Origin: Paramoeba atlantica
Taxonomy: Eukaryota > Protista > Discosea
DNA length: 38,005 bases
Direction: 5' to 3'
Assembly: GCA_977017575.1 (NCBI GenBank)
Contig: CDRNVI010000106.1
Span: 1 to 38,005 of the forward strand
In this document: positions 1 through 8,181 of the stretch, piece after piece
Layout: the number at the start of each line of letters is the position of its first letter
Numbering within the stretch: the first letter of the stretch is position 1
The notes under the pieces: model-generated
What the model was told of the DNA's origin: nothing
The model's input: the letters and a program-made list of their open reading frames with translations, nothing else
Database searches by the model: none
Translations under genes and position numbers: made by a program

Positions 1-1
1 A

Positions 2-157
2 TCGGGTGCTTATGGGCCAACAGCATCTCCAGTGTATTTTCTAAGTCATGGCTTTCCTGCCGAAGTGATGGTGTATCAACAGCAGGCTTACGTAATACGT
101 CAGCGTGATTCGCTTGATGATATAAACGGCAAACAACGTAATATATTTAATAGTTAG
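2..157 (+). CDS. C-terminal end of a PLP-dependent decarboxylase (diaminopimelate decarboxylase/BtrK-like family); partial, starts before the window
   Basis: Not in the ORF track. Hand translation of frame 2 gives SGAYGPTASPVYFLSHGFPAEVMVYQQQAYVIRQRDSLDDINGKQRNIFNS* (TAG 155-157), matching the C-terminal GAYG..S..FLSH..PAEV motif of fold-type III PLP decarboxylases. Confidence 0.75.
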   Translation, partial: SGAYGPTASPVYFLSHGFPAEVMVYQQQAYVIRQRDSLDDINGKQRNIFNS

Positions 158-163
158 TAAGGA
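158..163 (+). promoter_or_regulatory. Shine-Dalgarno site for the ACP gene
   Basis: TAAGGA ending 8 nt before ATG 172. Confidence 0.7.
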
Positions 164-171
164 ATAATAAC

Positions 172-438
172 ATGCACAATAACGTATTTGATATTGTCTG
201 TCAGTCAATTATGGCGACACTTAATCTTGATGAGACACACGCGATTTCGCTGCAATCTAGGTTAAAAGATGATTTAGGACTAGATTCAATGAGCACATTA
301 TCCTTCTTAATGTCATTGGAAGACAATATAGACAACTTTATTGTGGATCCGGATTCATTGGATGCGAATGACTTAGACACAGTAGAAACTGTTGTCAAGT
401 ATGTGAATAGCCAATTGACGTTAGCAGAGGAAGAATGA
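172..438 (+). CDS. Acyl/peptidyl carrier protein
   Basis: 88 aa, acidic, phosphopantetheine motif DDLGLDSMSTL, C-terminal TV..VV.YV helix. Confidence 0.9.
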   Translation: MHNNVFDIVCQSIMATLNLDETHAISLQSRLKDDLGLDSMSTLSFLMSLEDNIDNFIVDPDSLDANDLDTVETVVKYVNSQLTLAEEE

Positions 439-1331
439 TGTCAACAGCCATTGCAATCCAACACATCTATTGTGCTGATTGGCAACGTCAGCATCTGCGT
501 ACACCACGCGATCGGTATAAACAATATTTTCAAGATTTATACGCGATTTATCCAGGTGAGGTAACCGATGAAACCTTTGCCGAAGGTGATCAACTCACTT
601 ACGCAGAATTAGGTGATCACTTGTTTCAACACGCATCGCTTAAAAAAGAATTGCCATCGATTGATTTGATCATCGTTGCGCATTGGTCACAAGAGTTTGA
701 TCCGGATTATGCATCATGTGGGCCGTATTTCTTACACAAATACGATTTGCAAACCGATATTTTTGATGTATGTGACAACGGTACATTAGCCACGTTTATT
801 GGGTTGAAAGTGCTGAACAGTTACATCAATGCAGGTAACAGCCAAAAGGTAATGTTACTGTGTTTAGAACAAACAACCGTACCCAGAGATAAGCGAAGCG
901 GCGATGTTATTCCGGCACAATCCGGTGCAGTGGCAGTTATCTTAAACAAGCATATCAATGACGCACACTATGTTATCAAGGCAACTGAAATCATCACGGA
1001 AGTCAATGTGTTAGCCAATTTAAATAAGATTGATCGGTATGTTATCCAACAAATTGCTGATCTAATTCTTAATAGTTCAACATTATTAATCGTTACCCGA
1101 AAATCGACAGCCTTCTGGAAAGTTATCGACTATTTATTACTGACTGATCACTGTGTATTTGAACGTGATCAATTTGATTTCATCGAGCCGATGCCAGGTT
1201 GTTTATCTGCATTAAAAAAAATGGATGACATTATCCACAGTGATAGCGAACATTCACACGTATTGATCGTTGATGAGGATGTGGAATCGATGACGCTTGG
1301 ATTATTACTATTGGAACGTCAATATGATTAG
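435..1331 (+). CDS. Ketosynthase III/thiolase-fold-like protein, apparently non-catalytic
   Basis: ATGA overlap with the ACP stop and GAGGA upstream. FDVCDNGTLATF aligns by eye with FabH FDV.AAC.GF but has Gly at the Cys position. VMLLCLEQ and SGAVAVIL resemble FabH LVVGAE and GDGAGA. Confidence 0.55.
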   Translation: MMSTAIAIQHIYCADWQRQHLRTPRDRYKQYFQDLYAIYPGEVTDETFAEGDQLTYAELGDHLFQHASLKKELPSIDLIIVAHWSQEFDPDYASCGPYFLHKYDLQTDIFDVCDNGTLATFIGLKVLNSYINAGNSQKVMLLCLEQTTVPRDKRSGDVIPAQSGAVAVILNKHINDAHYVIKATEIITEVNVLANLNKIDRYVIQQIADLILNSSTLLIVTRKSTAFWKVIDYLLLTDHCVFERDQFDFIEPMPGCLSALKKMDDIIHSDSEHSHVLIVDEDVESMTLGLLLLERQYD

Positions 1332-1614
1332 TTTATATAACGACAATACAACTCAGCCGTTTGTTTTCTCTGCCTGGAAAGCGCTGTGCAAATGGTATGG
1401 TATCGATGGTGTATTGGTTAACCAGCATAGTCTGTTATCAACAGTCTCTCAAAAGACATTATTACTCATAGATCAGCATGGTCATATCATCCAAGTCGAC
1501 CAGCAAGGGGTTAACACAAAAACGGATGCAATCCTAATGCAACATAACATCTTGTTGGGGGTTATTGGCGATAGGAGTCAATTAAAGACAAACAACACAA
1601 CAACAAGCATATAA
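1324..1614 (+). CDS. Small hypothetical protein; possibly the N-terminal part of a frameshifted acyl-CoA-dehydrogenase-like gene
   Basis: ATG 1324 overlaps the upstream stop by 8 nt (ATGATTAG), the same style of coupling as at 4366 and 7547. No motif recognised. Confidence 0.45.
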   Translation: MISLYNDNTTQPFVFSAWKALCKWYGIDGVLVNQHSLLSTVSQKTLLLIDQHGHIIQVDQQGVNTKTDAILMQHNILLGVIGDRSQLKTNNTTTSI

Positions 1615-1636
1615 CCATTTCTGTCATGAAATCTTA

Positions 1637-1966
1637 TTGGCAGAGTTTAACGAATATAAACAGTTTTTTTATCAAGTAATAGCGTATCTATCCACTCGCT
1701 ATTCTCAAGGTAAACCGATTACTGAACACAGTGCTGTTCGGATTGAATTATCCAAATGCATTGAATCGATGATGTTGTTGGATACGATGCTAGCAGATGA
1801 CATTGGTTTAGAACAATTACTGTGCATGTCGACCTTATTGCTTACTGGGATAAAAACATTAGCAATGTGCGCAGGTGGTAGAAGTGTTATTGGTGGCAAT
1901 ATTTTAGAATTGTTTTGGGTGTTTTCACTGTGCAACCATTTTTTGCTAAGGAATATCCAACAATGA
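1637..1966 (+). CDS. Acyl-CoA dehydrogenase C-terminal-helix-like fragment
   Basis: YLSTRYSQGKPITEHSAVRIELS resembles the ACAD Y...R.QFG.PI...Q.V...LA motif, with a later AGGRS. Stop overlaps the next start (ATGA 1963-1966). The TTG start is weak. Confidence 0.55.
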   Translation: MAEFNEYKQFFYQVIAYLSTRYSQGKPITEHSAVRIELSKCIESMMLLDTMLADDIGLEQLLCMSTLLLTGIKTLAMCAGGRSVIGGNILELFWVFSLCNHFLLRNIQQ

Positions 1967-3078
1967 CCATTGCAACACAGACTGTTATCAAACACTATGG
2001 TAAACATTATGTTGATCATGCCATCTTATTTCGTTCATTAGCAGATACCATCGACGACCAACCGGATGTGATTTTTGATTATGTTGATCAACAACCCGTT
2101 AGTGATTTATATACGCTACGCACATTGGATGCTGAGCGATTCTTTAAATTATACGAAGCCTCAGCTTATGGTGATGTTGGGGTGTTATTTGCTTGCCCAA
2201 GAACGTGTTTATCTGGCATTTTATTACAAATCATTGGCAATCAGTCACAACAAGATGATTATTTTGATTATGTTTCTACGCAAACAGCACGGACGTTCTT
2301 TGCGACTACTGAAGTGAATTTTGGTTCAGATGTCAGTCATATTGAAACCCAATTCATTCAAGAAAAATCGAAAGATAGCATTGCCATCACAGGCAAAAAA
2401 TTGTTAGTGGGCAATCTTGGTATTGCTAATATTGGGATTATTATTGGCAGAGTAGGGACGAGTCCACTCGGATTAACCGCAGCATTGATCAAGCCAGCTG
2501 ATTTTACCAATAATATCGATAGGGTCGATCGACAAACATTGCCAATGTTTGGGATTAAGCCAGCTTTATTAGGCAAAGCTGTATTTAAGCAATTTATGAT
2601 TCCGGCTAATCAACTGTTAGGTCAACAGATTCATCCAATGCAACGTGGGTTATCCGCTATTGTTAACACCTTTAATATTATGCGTTTGGCGATTGCCGGG
2701 CTTGCATTAGGACATGCCCAAGCAATGCTCGATTATATTTATACAACCAGAGCACGCATTAACACACATGAATCAACTAGATTATCCATTTGGCAATCCA
2801 CGTTGTCTGCTATCCGCAAAAAAGCACTGATTGCAGCCAATTATCATAATAAAATTGGAGTAAACACAGCGAATATTTCCCTAGTTAAAGTTCAATCAAG
2901 CCAATTGGTTGAGGCAATCGCAATGCATGCACATGAATTTTATGGTGAAGCATTTCTTTACGAACATCCTTATTTGCTTAAATCACTGCGCGATTGTTTT
3001 GCCTATGAGTATATGGATGGCACTAGCAATATTCAACGCAACAATATTTATCAAGGGTTTGCCCATGTTCGATGTTAG
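1963..3078 (+). CDS. Acyl-CoA/acyl-ACP dehydrogenase (FAD-dependent)
   Basis: Motifs FFATTEVNFGSD, ITGKKLLVGN, FNIMRLAIAGLALGHAQAMLDY, YEYMDGTSNIQR. ATG 1963 has AAGGA at 1948-1952 and is preferred over the track's 1915 start. Confidence 0.85.
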   Translation: MTIATQTVIKHYGKHYVDHAILFRSLADTIDDQPDVIFDYVDQQPVSDLYTLRTLDAERFFKLYEASAYGDVGVLFACPRTCLSGILLQIIGNQSQQDDYFDYVSTQTARTFFATTEVNFGSDVSHIETQFIQEKSKDSIAITGKKLLVGNLGIANIGIIIGRVGTSPLGLTAALIKPADFTNNIDRVDRQTLPMFGIKPALLGKAVFKQFMIPANQLLGQQIHPMQRGLSAIVNTFNIMRLAIAGLALGHAQAMLDYIYTTRARINTHESTRLSIWQSTLSAIRKKALIAANYHNKIGVNTANISLVKVQSSQLVEAIAMHAHEFYGEAFLYEHPYLLKSLRDCFAYEYMDGTSNIQRNNIYQGFAHVRC

Positions 3079-4373
3079 GCTAACCAAACAAACTGTCACA
3101 ATTGCTGTGCCTATTTTGATATCGAGCATTGCGGTATTAGTCAGTGTGATCACCAATGCGACCACTGTTAGTCATGCTAACGTGTCTAATTGGTATATAT
3201 TAACCTGTTATTTGCCGATCAGTCATTTAATATTGGGGTTGCTAGAATCAGGTCGAGTCTGTTGCATTACAGGTATTGGGAAGCACAGCAAATTATATCC
3301 AATTAAACACTGTACTGTGCTATCTGCATATTACAGTTTGCCATTTCTACTGATCTCACTATTGTTAATGGTTATGGCCACTGTTAAATTAAACCCATTT
3401 AACGTATCAACAATCCACTATGATACGTTCACCAAATTTGCTGCACTGTACTCATTAAGTTATAGCATTGTATCAGCCAACTCAATCTGTAATGCTGCAT
3501 TATTTGCTCTGGGTAACAGTGTGTTAGCTTGCATGAGTATTGTGATAACCAGCTTGCTTGCTATATTGTTTACTCACATTATTTTTTATCAGTTTGAGAT
3601 GGGGATATATGCCATTATTGTTGGCAATGCGATTGCGTACACGCTAGGTTTGATAGTGTCAATCATCATGATATTACTCACTACCCAACAGAAAGATGAT
3701 GTTGGGTACGCTTATTGGGAAAGGGGTTATCAACTGTGTCGAACAATCGGTTTACCTATAGTCTTGATCTATATTGCACTACCCATCGGTATTTATTTAG
3801 TAATTCATTATTTATCCGCGATTAATCAAGATGCACTCACCGGTTTTGGTATCGCTTACCGTATTCAGAGTATTATTCTATTACCAGCAGTGGCATTAGG
3901 GATTGCAGCTGGGATCAATAGCAATCGTAGTCATCACGCAACAGAAAAATACCATATTATCACCCATACCGTAATATTGACATGTATTGTTTATATTCCA
4001 ATTGTTACCACAACACTATTATTATCAGATCAAAATTAGCCAACTACTCACTCAAGATAAACACATACAAACAGTTATTCACGATTATTTTCACTATGTA
4101 TCTTGGTCGTATCTATTATATTGTCCCTTAGTCAGTGTCATTTCGATCTTGGAGCAAACCGGATTTGCTATCAAAAGTTTACTATTAAATATAGCGTTTC
4201 TGCTTGCCCAAATTGGGTTAGCGATGTATGTGGCGACATATCATTATTCAATTATTGATTTTTCCAGGCTGTTAACCGTCATTATGAGCATGGTGTCTAT
4301 CGTATTCATTACGATGATATTGTTGAATCATCACGGTTCAAAAAAACAGTATGGAAAATGGATATATGATTAA
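3065..4373 (+). pseudogene. MATE-like multi-pass exporter split by a +1 frameshift
   Basis: Hydrophobic ORFs 3065-4039 and ~4036-4373 with GFGIAYRIQSIILLPAVALG and ISQLLTQD motifs. Removing one A from the A4 run at 4032-4035 gives one ~435-aa ORF (..SDQ-ISQLL..). Could be a sequencing error. Confidence 0.7.
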
Positions 4374-5916
4374 TAGTTTAACCGATTATTTGGTTCGGTC
4401 AGCCGAACAACAGCCAGAAAAATTGGCCTTAGTGACAGATAAAGGCAGTTTAACGTACGCAGAACTGCTTAATATAGCCAACAGTGTTGCCAATTATTTA
4501 AAGCATCTTGGGATACACCATGCTGACCACATTGTATTGGCACTGGGTAATACAGTTGAAACAGTCATTTGTTTTTGGGGGGCATTACTAGCAGATGCCA
4601 TTGTCAGCATTATTGATCATCAACAGCCTCAAGAAAAAATAGCATATATCCTCAATGATCTGCATGCTAGTTGTGTCATTACGGATAACTGTTCACAACA
4701 CAGCCACCCATTTTCCAAACTTAAACATGAATTACATTGGTTAACGAGTGAGATAGTAGAACAATCTCAATCCCATTCTTCTGATCTCAACCTAAACACA
4801 CAGCATCTTGATATTGACTTGGCATCAATTATTTATACCTCTGGTTCAACGGGTGAACCTAAAGGGGTGATGTTAACTCACCGTAATATGCTAGCAGCTG
4901 CCGAATCGATTAACCATTATTTGAATCACTCAGATAATGATACGGTTATCTGTGCATTGCCATTATCATTTGATTATGGGTTGTATCAACTGATCATGAT
5001 GACAGCTGTCACTGGGACAGTCATCTTAGAAAAAGATTTGTTATTGCCGAGCCAATTGTTAAAGCACATTGAACAATATAACGTAACTGGCTTGCCACTG
5101 GTGCCGAGCATGGTGCTGTTACTTGTCAAGTTTAATCAACTGAAAACCTACGACTTAACCAGTATTCGTTATGTGACTAATACCGGCGCTCAATTGATGC
5201 CAAGCTATATTGATGCGATCAACACATTACTGCCACACGCCAAGCTCTTTTCAATGTATGGATTAACAGAATGCAAACGTTGTACGTATTTACCAGCTGA
5301 TCATGTGGATAAAAAACCAACGAGCATTGGGATCCCCATTCCTAACACGCAAATGTGGATTGTTGATGATGCTGGGCAGCGCTGCGGACCCAATCAGTTA
5401 GGTGAAATCGTAGTACGTGGACAAACAGTGATGCAGGGGTATTGGAATAAGCCTGAAGAAAGTTGCCAGAAATTAAAACCGGGACGATTACCTAATGAAT
5501 ACCTATTATTTACCGGTGATCTGGGCTGGATGGATAACGATGGCTATTTTTATTTTCATGGCAGGTTAGATGATGTGATTAAATCAAGGGGTATGAAAGT
5601 CAGTCCAAGAGAAATTGAAATGATAGTCAGTCAACACCAGGATATTATCGAAGTTGCTGCAGTAGGAGTAGCCGATCCCCCAAATGGACAAGCCATCGTG
5701 TTGTTTGTGTCATTATCCAATCATAACATCACTACTGAACGATTAACGGTGTTTTGCAAACGGGCATTGCAACCACATGAACAGCTAGTTGAGATCATCA
5801 TTGAAACGACATTACCTAAAACAGCCAATAGAAAAATTGACAAGCGTGCCTTAGTTAAATTATATCAGGATAACAATCACACTATGCGTGAAAGTAATAT
5901 ACTCAAAGCATTTTGA
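4366..5916 (+). CDS. AMP-dependent acyl-CoA/acyl-ACP ligase (ANL superfamily)
   Basis: IIYTSGSTGEPKG, LPLSFDYGLYQ, MYGLTECKR, FTGDLG, GRLDDVIKSRGMKVSP, LPKTANRKID. ATG 4366 overlaps the previous stop (ATGATTAA). Confidence 0.9.
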   Translation: MINSLTDYLVRSAEQQPEKLALVTDKGSLTYAELLNIANSVANYLKHLGIHHADHIVLALGNTVETVICFWGALLADAIVSIIDHQQPQEKIAYILNDLHASCVITDNCSQHSHPFSKLKHELHWLTSEIVEQSQSHSSDLNLNTQHLDIDLASIIYTSGSTGEPKGVMLTHRNMLAAAESINHYLNHSDNDTVICALPLSFDYGLYQLIMMTAVTGTVILEKDLLLPSQLLKHIEQYNVTGLPLVPSMVLLLVKFNQLKTYDLTSIRYVTNTGAQLMPSYIDAINTLLPHAKLFSMYGLTECKRCTYLPADHVDKKPTSIGIPIPNTQMWIVDDAGQRCGPNQLGEIVVRGQTVMQGYWNKPEESCQKLKPGRLPNEYLLFTGDLGWMDNDGYFYFHGRLDDVIKSRGMKVSPREIEMIVSQHQDIIEVAAVGVADPPNGQAIVLFVSLSNHNITTERLTVFCKRALQPHEQLVEIIIETTLPKTANRKIDKRALVKLYQDNNHTMRESNILKAF

Positions 5917-5988
5917 ATGTAGGCAAGGCGCAGGCAACAAAGCATAAATTTAAAACGCGAAGAGTATAGCATTGAAGGATGAACTGTT

Positions 5989-7554
5989 ATGCACAGCAAT
6001 GTGGGTAGTATGTTGCTCGATACAACAAGGCAATATGCAGAAAAAATTGCAATAGAATGCCAACATGAACAGTTGACGTATGGTGATTTGTTTTGGCAGG
6101 CAATGCCATTAATTGACGTGCTCATTGCGAACAAACAACAGCATGTTGCGATATTAATGGAAAGGGATGTGAGTACTTACTACGTTATATATGCCTGTTT
6201 TTTATCTGGGAAAGTGTATATGCCACTCTCGCCATCATTTGGTGATACTAGAATTGTTAATATGCTTCTTCAGACAAAGACTACGTTAGTGATTGTAGAT
6301 GCTAAACACCATGAGCGATTAACAAAAATAATCAATAACATTGATAAATGCATTGATACTATCTGCTATGAAGATCTACAACGTGCCAAATTAAAGTTGC
6401 CTAGCCAATCAGATATATTATCCAATATCTCAGTGCCAAATTCACGTAATGCGTACATTATGTTTACCTCTGGCAGCACCGGCGTTCCCAAAGCCATTGT
6501 GATTTCCCAGCAGCAATTAATTAATTATTTAAACAGGATGATACAACAATATCACCCTAATCAAACAGACCGATTTTCTCAAGTGATCGAATTTACCTTT
6601 GATTTATCGATACATGACATTTTATTGTGTTGGTCAGTAGGCGCAACGTTATTACCCTTTAATGGGGACAGTTATTTTCAATTACACCATTATATTAAAA
6701 CAGCACGACCGACGTTTTGGTTGTCTGTACCATCAACAGGGTTAGCATTAGACAGAGCAAAGTTAATAAAATCGGATTGTTACCCGAGTTTACGCGTAGT
6801 GTTGTTTTGTGGTGAGCCATTACCTTACTCATTAGCTGCCAAATGGCAACATGCTTGTCCTCACGCCAGCATAGACAATCTATATGGGCCAACCGAAGCG
6901 ACTATTGCATTTACCACCTTTCGGTTTAGTCAACCTATAGATAATGCTTCTCAACAAATAGTACCCATCGGGAAACCATTGCCAGGATTGAAAATTCGCA
7001 TTGTTAATCATGAATTAAACCAATGCCAGCCTAGTGAAATTGGGGAATTGTTACTGGGTGGTGATCAACTAATTAATGGCTATTTAACTAATTCAAACAC
7101 TGAAAAATTTATTACAACGCAAGATGGATTAAGTTGGTATAAAACTGGTGATTTGGCATGCATTGATGAGCATCATATCTTGCATTATAAAGGCCGTATT
7201 GATGATCAATTTAATGTCAGAGGCCAACGTGTTGAACGACTTGATTTAGAGAGTCAATTCAAACAAGTCTTAAACTTATCAAGCTTAGCGATTATTCCAT
7301 CTCCTGTGACTGAAGAAGGATTGGTGCTAGGCATTTCTCTTATTTACACCTCAACTGAAAAGCTGACAAAACAGACGATCATTAAATACTGTAGACATAC
7401 GATAGCATTATCGTGCTACCTATCAGCGTGTATCCGTGTTAATGAATTCCCAACAAATGCCAGTGGCAAGCTAGATTATAATGGCTTAAAACATCGTTAC
7501 CAACAGATCAGTTATCAAACAAGTACTGATCGTAAGGTGGGTGTGCATGACTAA
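5989..7554 (+). CDS. Stand-alone amino acid adenylation enzyme, DltA-like
   Basis: YIMFTSGSTGVPK, FTFDLS, LFCGE, NLYGPTEAT, YKTGDL, GRIDDQFNVRGQRVE, NASGKLD. GAAGGA at 5974-5979. Confidence 0.9.
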   Translation: MHSNVGSMLLDTTRQYAEKIAIECQHEQLTYGDLFWQAMPLIDVLIANKQQHVAILMERDVSTYYVIYACFLSGKVYMPLSPSFGDTRIVNMLLQTKTTLVIVDAKHHERLTKIINNIDKCIDTICYEDLQRAKLKLPSQSDILSNISVPNSRNAYIMFTSGSTGVPKAIVISQQQLINYLNRMIQQYHPNQTDRFSQVIEFTFDLSIHDILLCWSVGATLLPFNGDSYFQLHHYIKTARPTFWLSVPSTGLALDRAKLIKSDCYPSLRVVLFCGEPLPYSLAAKWQHACPHASIDNLYGPTEATIAFTTFRFSQPIDNASQQIVPIGKPLPGLKIRIVNHELNQCQPSEIGELLLGGDQLINGYLTNSNTEKFITTQDGLSWYKTGDLACIDEHHILHYKGRIDDQFNVRGQRVERLDLESQFKQVLNLSSLAIIPSPVTEEGLVLGISLIYTSTEKLTKQTIIKYCRHTIALSCYLSACIRVNEFPTNASGKLDYNGLKHRYQQISYQTSTDRKVGVHD

Positions 7555-8170
7555 TTTAATTGCCACCCAATTTGCTACCGATAACATTGTTAATATTAGA
7601 GAATGCTATAACAAACTTAATGTTAGCAAACTACAAGCCAGAGTATTTAACGATTTTTATGCTATTCGCACAGTGGCACTGTGTGAAGATAAAGGATTGG
7701 AAGAATTACTTTGTGAATCCATTCAAGCCACATTAGCTGGAAAGGTAAATCCTCAACAAATCGATTATGTAATCTTTGCGCACACCAGCTTAACCAACGC
7801 ACCATTTGCCTATGGATTATTAAATAGGGTTGTTACACAGTGTGGTTTAACCAATGCAACCTATTTTGGGGTAAATCTGAATAATTGTGCATCAACTGTT
7901 GAAGCCTTTTCTATCGTATCCACCTTGTTTTCTGCCAATAGCCAGGCGAAGTATAGTGTAGTGATCTCAGGTGACCGCATATTTACTAAACAACATCGAT
8001 TGTTACATAACGCGTCGATTGCAGGAGATGCTGCAGGTGCTGCTTTATTTGCTCAAACAACACAGTTTCACCACGGATTAAGATTATTATGTACGCAAAA
8101 ATGCCTATTCCCACAATTTTACAAAGGTGCATGGTTATCTGGTCAGCAAGCGCAAGCACTAGAGGCTATT
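7547..8170 (+). pseudogene. KAS III (FabH-like) condensing/transacylating enzyme, truncated at the junction after ~208 codons
   Basis: ATGACTAA overlap with the upstream stop. FGVNLNNCAS keeps the catalytic Cys; VISGD and GDAAGAALF are present. The C-terminal His/Asn half is missing, and the tail to 8269 is read-through into the repeat. Confidence 0.8.
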
Positions 8171-8181
8171 GGCGCGTTTTT
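8171..8181 (+). other. Junction: last 6 nt of tRNA-Ser (GGCGCG) plus T5 terminator fused to bacterial-type DNA
   Basis: ...GAGGCTATT|GGCGCGTTTTTGCGATTC here versus ...CCTGCTG|GGCGCGTTTTTGCGATTC in full units. Identity to the array starts at 8171. Confidence 0.9.

Noticed and set aside
201-6892. Short alternative-frame and antisense ORFs in the operon (201-398, 1705-2019, 2075-2317, 2358-2576, 2983-3165, 5877-6134, 6695-6892)
   Set aside because: They lie largely inside better-supported + strand genes and show no motifs.
5989-7554. Gene symbol dltA
   Set aside because: Similar motifs, but no dltB/dltD context and the pocket residues differ, so no symbol was assigned.
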